NCBI GenBank assembly: GCA_963793425.1
Contig: CAWCAG010000004.1
Span: forward strand, 1-44,610
Source of the DNA: an uncultured cyanobacterium
GTDB lineage: Bacteria > Cyanobacteriota > Cyanobacteriia > Cyanobacteriales > CAWCAG01
Direction: 5' to 3'
Length of the DNA stretch: 44,610 bases
The translations under genes were made by a program, and so were the position numbers. Positions 17,407-25,822 of this stretch are shown piece by piece. The notes beneath the pieces were generated by a model. The model was not told the DNA's origin. It made no database searches and saw only the letters and a list, made by a program, of their open reading frames with translations. The first letter of the stretch is position 1; each line of letters begins with the position of its first letter.

Positions 17407-18762
17407 TCAAGCAAGAGGCAAATAAACGCTGAAAGTGCTACCTTCTCCTAAGTAACTTTGCACTTCAATACTACCTTGATGGGCTTCGGCAATAGCTAAA
17501 GCAATAGGTAATCCCAAACCAAATCCCCCTGTTTTTCTGGAGCGATCACAACCAATACGATAGAAACGCTTAAAAATCTCTTCTTGTTGCTCAGGGGCAA
17601 TACCAACCCCTGTATCTTTAATCCTAATAACAGCTTTCCCCAGAGAATTAGCAACCTCTAAAATTACTGTCACCTTACCTCCACTAGGAGTGTGATTAAT
17701 ACCATTAGTAACCAGGTTAGCTACTAAACGATATAGCTGTTCCTCATTGCCTCTAACTCGAACAATCCTAGAAACTCCTATTTCTGCCCTCAATTCTACC
17801 TTTACTCTCCTAGCTAAAGAAGCTAACTCTTCAGTCAAATCATTAACTAAATCATTCAAATAAATAGGATTGCACTTCTGATTAGACAAAGATAATAACT
17901 CTTGTTGATCTGCCCTTGAAAGGAGCAATAACCCCTCCACAAGTTCCACCAAACGAGAATTTTGCCGAGCGATTACCTTCAGAGTTTCTTGTACCTCCGC
18001 TTCCTCTAATGGAGCTACCCTCTGGGTAGACTCTACCGTAGCACGAATGGCTGCTAAGGGGGTACGCAACTCATGGGCTGCATCAGCCGTAAACTGCTGA
18101 ATTTGTTTATAGGACTGGTAAATAGGTTCCATAGCTAGTTTAGCTAACCACCTACTAGCTATGGCCACTACAATCATAGTTAAAGGTAATCCTAACAATA
18201 AAATAAGTCTGACACTAGCTAAATATTTGTTTGTCTGTTGAAGAGAACGGCCTACCAGAAGATAGCCCCAGACTTGATTGTCTTTGGTATGAAGTAAAAG
18301 GGAAGTTTGTTGATAATCTTTATTTTGCTTATCCTTTAGGGCAAGCCACTTTTGCTCTACAGATATGGTTGATAGATTGTGAGGGAATGCACCACCGTAA
18401 GCGATGAGCTTTCCGGAGTTATCCATTAAACTTAAATAATAATCATCTTGGACTATAGCATTAGCTAAAGCATGACTGGTGTGATTACTCTGAGTAAAGC
18501 AAGGCTTTTGAACTAGGCAAAGATTAGGTAAGAATCTAACTTCTTCAAGGTCTATCTTTCCTGGTTCAACTAACGTAGATTCCAAACTATTATGAATAGT
18601 GGCAGAAACAGACCTTAGCTCCCTTTCTACGGTAACGCGATGGGCATGGACAATTGCTTCATAAACGCCAAAGCCAAACAAACAAAGTATCCCACCCATT
18701 ATCCCCGCATACCAACTAGCTAACTGCCACCGTGTTGTCTTAAATAACTTATTCTGCCTCAC
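17407..18762 (-). CDS. Sensor histidine kinase, CopS/NrsS(RppB)-like
   Basis: Two TM helices; H-box FTADAAHELRTPL; N box LVANLVTNGINHT; DTGVGI; GGFGLGL. Confidence 0.93.
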   Translation of the reverse strand: MRQNKLFKTTRWQLASWYAGIMGGILCLFGFGVYEAIVHAHRVTVERELRSVSATIHNSLESTLVEPGKIDLEEVRFLPNLCLVQKPCFTQSNHTSHALANAIVQDDYYLSLMDNSGKLIAYGGAFPHNLSTISVEQKWLALKDKQNKDYQQTSLLLHTKDNQVWGYLLVGRSLQQTNKYLASVRLILLLGLPLTMIVVAIASRWLAKLAMEPIYQSYKQIQQFTADAAHELRTPLAAIRATVESTQRVAPLEEAEVQETLKVIARQNSRLVELVEGLLLLSRADQQELLSLSNQKCNPIYLNDLVNDLTEELASLARRVKVELRAEIGVSRIVRVRGNEEQLYRLVANLVTNGINHTPSGGKVTVILEVANSLGKAVIRIKDTGVGIAPEQQEEIFKRFYRIGCDRSRKTGGFGLGLPIALAIAEAHQGSIEVQSYLGEGSTFSVYLPLA

Positions 18763-18816
18763 AAACTAAGTCCTTTTAGAACGGGAGTAAGTTAACTACT
18801 ACTTTCAGCTTTTGCC

Positions 18817-19536
18817 TCAAAACTGCCCCTCCACTTCCTGCTCCCTCTCTAGATTAAATCGATATCCCAAACCATAAACCGTCTCAATCACAGACTCGCA
18901 ATTATGTTGTGCCAGTTTACGCCGTAAAAGACGTATTTGCGCCGCTACCACATTACTCATTGGTTCTGTACCAACTTCCCACATTTGGTCTAAGATTTGC
19001 TCACGGGTGACAATTTGTTGGGGATGTCTCATAAAATATTCTAAAAGCTGAAATTCTTTTGCTGTGAGAATAATTTCTTGGCTTTCTCCTTGAGAATTTT
19101 GCCAGGAAACTTGATGGGTAGCGTAATCTAAACAAAGATTGCCTACTTGCAATTTTGGCGGTTGCAGTTGAGGGGAACGCCGTTGTAAAGCCCGCATCCT
19201 CGCCAAAAGTTCTGCCATCCCAAAAGGCTTCACTAAATAATCATCCGCACCCGCATCTAACCCTACTACTTTATCTGCTTGGGTATCTTTTGCTGTCAAA
19301 ATTAAAACAGGTAAAGGATTATCTTGTGAGCGCAGCTTTTTTACCAGTTCTAATCCTGATGTTCCTGGAACTAGCCAGTCAAAGATTGCTAAGGTATATT
19401 CTGCCCAATTACTCTCCAAAAGCCCCCAAGCCTCATTGCCATCAGCCACCAAATCCACTATATAAGCTTCCTGCTGGAGAGTACGTTTAATCGCTCTACC
19501 TAAATCTGGTTCATCTTCTACTAAAAGAACACGCAT
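18817..19536 (-). CDS. OmpR-family response regulator, CopR/NrsR(RppA)-like
   Basis: LLVEDE, IFDWLVPG, GADDYLVKPF, SNVVAAQIRLLRRKL, IETVYGLGYRF. Confidence 0.95.
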   Translation of the reverse strand: MRVLLVEDEPDLGRAIKRTLQQEAYIVDLVADGNEAWGLLESNWAEYTLAIFDWLVPGTSGLELVKKLRSQDNPLPVLILTAKDTQADKVVGLDAGADDYLVKPFGMAELLARMRALQRRSPQLQPPKLQVGNLCLDYATHQVSWQNSQGESQEIILTAKEFQLLEYFMRHPQQIVTREQILDQMWEVGTEPMSNVVAAQIRLLRRKLAQHNCESVIETVYGLGYRFNLEREQEVEGQF

Positions 19537-19590
19537 AGCTTATTTTAAACCAACGGTGTCATCTACACTTAATATTCCTTCCTACTGATC

Positions 19591-19622
19591 TTGACTCTAC
19601 ACCTGACTAGAGAGTTTAAGAT
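19591..19622 (+). promoter_or_regulatory. MerR-family promoter/operator 1
   Basis: TTGACT-N20-TAAGAT with imperfect dyad ACTCTACAC-CTGA-CTAGAGAGT. Confidence 0.75.
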
Positions 19623-19661
19623 AGAAGTCCTACAAAAAATTAATTATCAATTGAATTAATT

Positions 19662-20243
19662 ATGTCAAAACTCATATCTAAAATAACTATTACCTTGACC
19701 GCGATCGCTGCTACTGCTGCTGGAACTATCTACTTTATCTCTGCTTCAAATAATAACAGTACCGCCAATCAAAGTAATTCCACAGCAGGCAAGTCTACTA
19801 GCACTCAAGCAACTTTGGTCAGTGTTTGGGATGAAGAAACCGAACCCAACTATTCAGGGATAGCTGAAATGAGCGTATATCGGAGTCCTTCTTGCGGTTG
19901 TTGTGGTGTCTGGATTGACCATGCTAAAAAACACGGCTTCAAAATTGAAGATATTAAAACTGAAGAGATAGAAGATGTCAAAAAACAGCATAATGTTCCA
20001 GCAGAACTAGCTTCTTGTCATACCACTATTATCGATGGCTACGTGATGGAAGGACATATACCTGCTGATGATATCAAACGTTTTTTAGCCGAAAAACCAG
20101 ACGATCTGATTGGATTGGCAGTGCCAGGAATGCCCATTGGTACACCAGGAATGGAAGCGCGAGATATTAAACAACCATTTCAAGTATTAGCGTTTAACGA
20201 CAAAGGAGAAGTAGAGGTATTTAAGGAATATCAATCTTACTGA
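19662..20243 (+). CDS. DUF411 (periplasmic CopG-type) metal-binding protein
   Basis: YRSPSCGCCGVW, ASCHT, EGHIPA, GLAVPGMPIGTPGME; N-terminal signal/anchor. Confidence 0.9.
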   Translation: MSKLISKITITLTAIAATAAGTIYFISASNNNSTANQSNSTAGKSTSTQATLVSVWDEETEPNYSGIAEMSVYRSPSCGCCGVWIDHAKKHGFKIEDIKTEEIEDVKKQHNVPAELASCHTTIIDGYVMEGHIPADDIKRFLAEKPDDLIGLAVPGMPIGTPGMEARDIKQPFQVLAFNDKGEVEVFKEYQSY

Positions 20244-20277
20244 ATCGAATTCAACAGGTTCTCAAACCGCATTAATT

Positions 20278-21750
20278 ATGGTCAAATTTAATCGTCGCCA
20301 GTTTATTGCATTAGGTGCTGCTGGTACAGGAGCAGCCTTGGTAGGTAATTGGTTGCATCAAGAAACAACTTCTAGTGGGGCATTACCACAATCATCTGCT
20401 AATGTTTTCCCTGTTTATCAAAGTAGTAGCGGATTATTAGAACTAGACTTAGAAGCCAGGGAATGTCCAGTCACTTTGGGTGATAAACAAGCAGACCTTT
20501 TAACCTACAACGGGCAAATTCCCGCACCCCGCTTAGAAGCAAGATTGGGGGATAAAGTTCGCATCCATTTTACTAACAATCTCGAACAGCCCACCAATAT
20601 TCACTATCACGGCTTACATATTCCGATTACGGGTAATGCAGATAATGTTTTTCTAAAAATAGAGCCAAAAGAAAAACTAACCTACGAATTTCAAATCTCA
20701 GAGAAGCATCCATCGGGTACATTTTGGTATCACCCACATCTACATGGTTTGGTAGCAGAACAGCTATTTGGTGGATTAGCTGGTTTATTTATCGTGCGGG
20801 GTGAGGATGACGAAATTCCCGAACTCAAAGCAGCCCAAGAAGAGTTTTTGGTATTACAGGACTTTTCAATAGATAGCCAAGGAAGACGTTTGGATTCTGC
20901 TCATATGTCTCTAATGATGGGGCGAGAAGGAGAGATAATAGCTGTAAATGGGCAAGTCAACCCTAGTCTTAATTTACCAGCAGGGGGATTACTGCGTTTA
21001 CGCATTCTCAATGCTTCTCCTTCCCGTTTTTACAGGTTAGCGTTAGAAGACCATGTTTTCTACCACATCGCTACCGATGGTAATAGTTTGAACGAGCCTG
21101 TAGAAGTTAATGAATTACTACTGACACCAGGACAACGAGCCGATGTTTTAGTCAAAGGAGACAAGGAATCAGGACCGTATCGCCTACTCAATTTACCCTA
21201 TGACCGAGGTAGTATGGGGATGATGGGTGGTGGCATGATGGGCGGTAGGGGAATGATGGGCAGAAGTAACCGAGATGAGCCTATTGCTTTAGCGACAGTT
21301 AACTATGAATCTTCAGTTGAGTCTCTAGCTTTACCTACAAAACTTGATTCTATTTCTGCATTGCCCGAACCCCAGACAGTAAGAGGCTTTGAACTCAATC
21401 ACGGCATGAGTCCTGGAGCGGGTATGGCTTTTCTAATTAATGGTGAATACTATCGGGGTGATCGCATTCATACTCAAGTAAAACTCAACACCGTAGAAGA
21501 CTGGGAATTAATTAATACGGGAGTAATGGATCATCCCTTCCACATTCACGGCAATGCTTTTCAAGTCATTAGCCGTAACGGTCAACCAGAATCTTTACTA
21601 GCTTGGCGAGATACGGTGCTAGTAAAAAGAGGAGAAACCGTGCGTATCCGCATACCTTTTAATGATTTTACGGGTAAAACTGTCTATCACTGTCATGTTC
21701 TCGACCACGAAGATTTAGGCATGATGGGTAATTTAATGATTGAAGTTTAA
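20278..21750 (+). CDS. Second Tat-exported multicopper oxidase (CueO-like)
   Basis: NRRQFI; IHYHG, WYHPHLH, HPFHIHG, HCHVLDHEDLGMM; Met/Gly-rich loop. Confidence 0.93.
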   Translation: MVKFNRRQFIALGAAGTGAALVGNWLHQETTSSGALPQSSANVFPVYQSSSGLLELDLEARECPVTLGDKQADLLTYNGQIPAPRLEARLGDKVRIHFTNNLEQPTNIHYHGLHIPITGNADNVFLKIEPKEKLTYEFQISEKHPSGTFWYHPHLHGLVAEQLFGGLAGLFIVRGEDDEIPELKAAQEEFLVLQDFSIDSQGRRLDSAHMSLMMGREGEIIAVNGQVNPSLNLPAGGLLRLRILNASPSRFYRLALEDHVFYHIATDGNSLNEPVEVNELLLTPGQRADVLVKGDKESGPYRLLNLPYDRGSMGMMGGGMMGGRGMMGRSNRDEPIALATVNYESSVESLALPTKLDSISALPEPQTVRGFELNHGMSPGAGMAFLINGEYYRGDRIHTQVKLNTVEDWELINTGVMDHPFHIHGNAFQVISRNGQPESLLAWRDTVLVKRGETVRIRIPFNDFTGKTVYHCHVLDHEDLGMMGNLMIEV

Positions 21751-21808
21751 TTATTAGCAACTGTTGAAAAAGTAGTTAAGAATTAACTATTCTTGATAAA
21801 AAACAATT

Positions 21809-21894
21809 ATGAAATCAGTATGAAATGTATACATTCTTTTTTAGCTAACTGGTGCTGGTTTTTATTAGTAGACAATAATGAAAAAACGATGAAA
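21809..21894 (-). promoter_or_regulatory. Two CopR-type boxes in reverse orientation
   Basis: Minus strand TTTCAT-ACTGA-TTTCAT (21809-21825) and TTTCAT-CGTTT-TTTCAT (21878-21894). Confidence 0.65.
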
Positions 21895-21900
21895 TACAGC

Positions 21901-21995
21901 TATAGCGATTCTTAGGCTAGTGAGGTACAGCCTGGTTTTTGCGCTTTGGCTAGTGGCTAGTGGAAATGTACCTCATCAGTCCGAGAAAGGCTATA
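21901..21995. mobile_element. 95-bp MITE-like element with 29-bp imperfect terminal inverted repeats
   Basis: TATAGCGATTCTTAGGCTAGTGAGGTACA ... TGTACCTCATCAGTCCGAGAAAGGCTATA (22/29 match), TA ends, no ORF. Confidence 0.75.
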
Positions 21996-22116
21996 TATCT
22001 AAAGCAATAAATACCATTTATAGAAATAAATATCTTCTATAGCAATAGATAGAAGTATCAATAACACTCAATTCCTATTATTTTGATATTGCCAATTAAG
22101 TAATAGGAAATATTTA

Positions 22117-22452
22117 ATGTTATTAGTTCATGAAGAATATCAATCCAGTTTTGATATCGCAATGAAATGTGCAGTGGAATGTGAACACTGTGCCGAAGGC
22201 TGTATGGGCAATCCCGATATGCTCCAGTGCGCTCGCACTTGCCTCGACTGTGCGGAAATATGCCGTACCATCTCTACATACATGGTGCGCGGTTCTCGCT
22301 TCATTCCTAACTTGACCAAAGCCTGTGCCGAGATTTGTACCGCTTGCGCTGAAGAATGCAGTTCTCATGGCATGGATCATTGTAATAAGTGCGCTCAGGC
22401 TTGTCGCGAAGCAGTTGAAGAATACAACAAAATTGCTGCTGTAGCTGCCTAA
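22117..22452 (+). CDS. Cys-rich four-helix-bundle copper storage protein (Csp3/DUF326-like)
   Basis: 15 Cys in CxxxCxxCxxxC arrays, HxxxHCxxC near the C-terminus, no signal peptide. Confidence 0.9.
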   Translation: MLLVHEEYQSSFDIAMKCAVECEHCAEGCMGNPDMLQCARTCLDCAEICRTISTYMVRGSRFIPNLTKACAEICTACAEECSSHGMDHCNKCAQACREAVEEYNKIAAVAA

Positions 22453-22459
22453 AAAATAA

Positions 22460-22502
22460 GCGGAGGCTGAAAAGTTTTGACATTTAGCTTTTCACTTTCC
22501 GC
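22460..22502 (+). terminator. Stem-loop after the Cu storage gene (terminator or mRNA stabiliser)
   Basis: GCGGA-GGC-TGAAAAG...CTTTTCA-CTT-TCCGC interrupted stem. Confidence 0.4.
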
Positions 22503-22549
22503 TACGTGCCTATATTAATCGCCACTAATAAACAAATTTCCTAACCGCT

Positions 22550-23038
22550 ATGAAATCTACTTACGACAATAAATCTAAATCCGAGATGAAATCAAAATCG
22601 AGCATGAAGCCATATATTACTTTGTTTATTTCATTGGTAATTTCCTACGTGGTGATGTTTGCCATCATGTTTTCGCGGGTCAACGAGTGGAGTAACTTGT
22701 TTATCAGCTTAAACCAAGTGTATATGACGGGATTAATGATCTCGACGATGTTGATTATTATGCTGTTGACAATGGGTTCGATGTTTACCAACAAAACTCT
22801 AAATGTAGTGCTTTTAGCATCGGGAGTCGCACTAATATTAATGTTCTGGACTTTAGTAAGAAACCAGATAGGAGTAGGCAATCAACAGTTTTTGCGCTCG
22901 ATGATTCCTCACCATGCTGCTGCAATTCTGGTCTGTCAGCAATCATCTTTAACTAATCCTCGTATTGAGGAATTATGTGTGGAGATTGTCCAAACACAAA
23001 AAGAAGAGATTGCCATTATGAAAGAGCTTATGAAGTAA
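22550..23038 (+). CDS. Membrane-anchored DUF305 (CopM-like) protein
   Basis: Three TM helices followed by FLRSMIPHHAAAI...IVQTQKEEIAIMK. Confidence 0.85.
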   Translation: MKSTYDNKSKSEMKSKSSMKPYITLFISLVISYVVMFAIMFSRVNEWSNLFISLNQVYMTGLMISTMLIIMLLTMGSMFTNKTLNVVLLASGVALILMFWTLVRNQIGVGNQQFLRSMIPHHAAAILVCQQSSLTNPRIEELCVEIVQTQKEEIAIMKELMK

Positions 23039-23102
23039 TTACTAGAGTATTTTTTAGTCTTAATTTGATCGTGACAAAGAGTAAACGATTGTAAATTAAT
23101 CA

Positions 23103-23134
23103 TTGACTCTCCAGTTGACTATAGAGTTTAAGCT
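23103..23134 (+). promoter_or_regulatory. MerR-family promoter/operator 2
   Basis: TTGACT-N20-TAAGCT with dyad ACTCTCCAG-TTGA-CTATAGAGT. Confidence 0.8.
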
Positions 23135-23203
23135 GATTTTAGAACTTAAAAAATTAATTTTTTCTTGATTGCAGATAACCAAAACATAGTGAGGAAAAAA
23201 TCT

Positions 23204-23308
23204 ATGACAAGAAAGAGAACTATCTGGCGTTGGCGATCGCCTTACGGAATAGCTTTATTAGTCTTTACAGTTCTAGAAAAGATTAGTAGTTATATTTCTT
23301 CAGAATAA
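23204..23308 (+). pseudogene. 34-aa ORF, probable truncated DUF2933-like membrane protein
   Basis: SD GAGG; MTRKRTIWRWRSPYGIALLVFTVLEKISSYISSE. The first about 21 aa recall DUF2933 N-termini (from memory); the His/Cys-rich remainder is missing. Confidence 0.4.
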
Positions 23309-23411
23309 GTAGGCTCGAAAAAGTAGCTAGCAAAGCAATACAGCTAGGTTAACGCCAACCTCTCCCCATCGCAATTCTTCTGATTATCTACCTTCGCACA
23401 GGTACAAACTA

Positions 23412-25475
23412 ATGACGCAACAACCAACCAAGCATCGGCACTCTGATCGTAATCATCACTCACAACAAAATCATCACAGTGAACACGAACATCACGGTCA
23501 TGGTGGTCATGGGGGACACGATAAACACGCTGGCCACAGTCCAGAAATATTTAAGCGTCGCTTCTTCATTTGCTTAATCCTTACTCTGCCAGTTCTCTAT
23601 TTTTCTACACAGTTACAAAATTGGTTGGGTTATCAAGCCATAACGTTTCCTGGTTCTAATTGGGTCAATCCCACTCTGGGCATCATCATTTATTTCTATG
23701 GTGGTTGGGTATTCTTGAGGGGTGCATGGCAAGAATTACATAGCAAAGTAGGGATGATGACCCTGATTGCTTTGGCAATTACAGTAGCTTTTATTTATAG
23801 TCTGGCAGTATCTCTAGGACTGCAAGGTAAGCCATTTTATTGGGAATTGGTGACGTTGGTGGATATTATGCTTCTGGGTCACTGGGTTGAGATGGCATCG
23901 GTTAAGGGTGCATCCCAAGCTTTAGAGTCCCTCAAAGAATTAGTCCCCGCCCAGGCACATCTCTGGCGTAATGGCAGGGTCGAAGACATTCCCGTCACCG
24001 AAGTGCGAGCCGAGGATACAATTCTAATCCGTCCAGGAGAGCAAATTCCCAACGATGGAGAAGTTATTGAAGGCACAACCGAAGTAGATGAAGCATTTCT
24101 TACAGGTGAATCCCGACCTTTACCTAAACAAGTAGGAGATGAAGTAGTCGCTGGTTCAGTTAATAGTGCGGGTTCAATTAAAGTCAGAGTTACGCGTACG
24201 GGAGATGAAACTACCCTCAGCCAAATCATGCGTCTGGTAGAAGAAGCACAAAACTCCCGCAGTAACTATCAAGCTTTGGCAGATCGCATTGCCTATTGGT
24301 TGACCATTGTTGCGATCGCAGCAGGAACTTTAACCTTTGTGGTTTGGTTATCCATCTCCGATTTGGTATTTGCCATCAATCGCGCCGTAACCGTCCTGGT
24401 GATTACCTGTCCCCATGCTTTAGGGTTAGCAATTCCTTTGGTTATTGCCAACTCCACTGCTTTAGCTGCCAAAAACGGCATTCTGGTTCGTAACCGCGAT
24501 GCTCTAGAAAGAGCTAAAGATATTAAAACGATGGCCTTTGATAAGACGGGAACGCTGACAGAGGGGCATTTTGGAGTCCGGAAAATCTATGTTGATGGTA
24601 TGGACGAAGATGAAGCTTTGGCGATCGCAGCAGCTTTAGAAACTTCTTCTGAACATCCTTTAGGAAAAGCGATCGTCGAAGCAGCAGAATTTGAAGAGTT
24701 AAGACTACCTCAGATGACCAACTTTGAAACCGTAACGGGCAGAGGAGTAAAAGGAGTAGTTAAAGGCAAAACCTATCAAGTCGGTAGACCTGAGTGGATA
24801 AAAGAACAGCAGCTATATCTGCCCAATTCTTTGCAAAAGGGTTTAGATATTGCCGATGATAGGGGTGAAAGTGCGGTGGTGCTGCTAGATGAATCCCAAG
24901 CAGTGGCGGTCATTTCGATGGCGGATAAGGTCAGAGAAAGAGCCAGGGAAACCATCAACAAACTCAACCAGGAAGGTATACAACCCGTAATGATTACAGG
25001 GGATGCCGAAGCCGTTGCTAGAACTGTCGCTCAAGACCTGGGTATCGATCGCTATTATGCCCGTGTCTTACCTGAAGATAAGGTAAACATCATCAAACAG
25101 CTAAAGCAAAAACAGCCCACCGCTTTTGTCGGTGATGGAATTAACGATGCTGCTGCTTTGCTAGAAGCCAATATGGGTTTAGCCATTGGCGCGGGAACGA
25201 ATGTCGCAATCGAATCTGCGGATTTGGTGTTAATTGAAGACGATCCTTTGGATGCGGTTAAAGCCCTCAATCTAGCCAAGAAAACCTATAGCAAAATGAT
25301 TCAAAATCTATTTTGGGCAACGGGTTACAACATTATTGCTATTCCCCTAGCTGCTGGGGTGCTTTCTACTTGGGGTTTTGTGCTTTCACCAGCTATAGGC
25401 GCGTTGCTGATGAGTTTATCGACCGTAATTGTAGCGATTAATGCCGTCTTGTTACGTCGAGCCAAACTTGCTTAA
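23412..25475 (+). CDS. P1B-3 (CopB-type) copper-exporting ATPase
   Basis: His-rich N-terminus, TGES, CPH, DKTGT, SEHP, GDGINDA, GYN, MSLST. Confidence 0.93.
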   Translation: MTQQPTKHRHSDRNHHSQQNHHSEHEHHGHGGHGGHDKHAGHSPEIFKRRFFICLILTLPVLYFSTQLQNWLGYQAITFPGSNWVNPTLGIIIYFYGGWVFLRGAWQELHSKVGMMTLIALAITVAFIYSLAVSLGLQGKPFYWELVTLVDIMLLGHWVEMASVKGASQALESLKELVPAQAHLWRNGRVEDIPVTEVRAEDTILIRPGEQIPNDGEVIEGTTEVDEAFLTGESRPLPKQVGDEVVAGSVNSAGSIKVRVTRTGDETTLSQIMRLVEEAQNSRSNYQALADRIAYWLTIVAIAAGTLTFVVWLSISDLVFAINRAVTVLVITCPHALGLAIPLVIANSTALAAKNGILVRNRDALERAKDIKTMAFDKTGTLTEGHFGVRKIYVDGMDEDEALAIAAALETSSEHPLGKAIVEAAEFEELRLPQMTNFETVTGRGVKGVVKGKTYQVGRPEWIKEQQLYLPNSLQKGLDIADDRGESAVVLLDESQAVAVISMADKVRERARETINKLNQEGIQPVMITGDAEAVARTVAQDLGIDRYYARVLPEDKVNIIKQLKQKQPTAFVGDGINDAAALLEANMGLAIGAGTNVAIESADLVLIEDDPLDAVKALNLAKKTYSKMIQNLFWATGYNIIAIPLAAGVLSTWGFVLSPAIGALLMSLSTVIVAINAVLLRRAKLA

Positions 25476-25535
25476 TTATCGGTGCTAAAGACCTCTTACT
25501 TGCTAGCCAAACCTAAATATGTTTTCATTTTTACC

Positions 25536-25567
25536 TTGACTCTACAGCCGACTGTAGAGTTTAAGCT
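25536..25567 (+). promoter_or_regulatory. MerR-family promoter/operator 3
   Basis: TTGACT-N20-TAAGCT with perfect dyad ACTCTACAG-CCGA-CTGTAGAGT. Confidence 0.85.
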
Positions 25568-25603
25568 GACTTTATAGCTAAATAAACTAGGGGATATAAA
25601 AAT

Positions 25604-25798
25604 ATGACCATAGAATTAAAAGTTCCCAACATGGCGTGTGGTGCTTGCGCTAAAACTATTACTCAAGCAGTTATCAAACTAGACCCCAAAGCTTCTGTCA
25701 AAGCAGATCCAAAAACTAAACAAGTAATAGTAAATACCAAAGTATCTGAGTCATCTGTCAAAGATGCGATCGCTGCTGCTGGCTATCCTGCTGCTTAA
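25604..25798 (+). CDS. copZ: Copper chaperone CopZ/Atx1
   Basis: 64-aa HMA domain with MACGAC and AAGY. Confidence 0.92.
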   Translation: MTIELKVPNMACGACAKTITQAVIKLDPKASVKADPKTKQVIVNTKVSESSVKDAIAAAGYPAA

Positions 25799-25822
25799 AC
25801 AACCTCTTCTCCCGTACCAATT

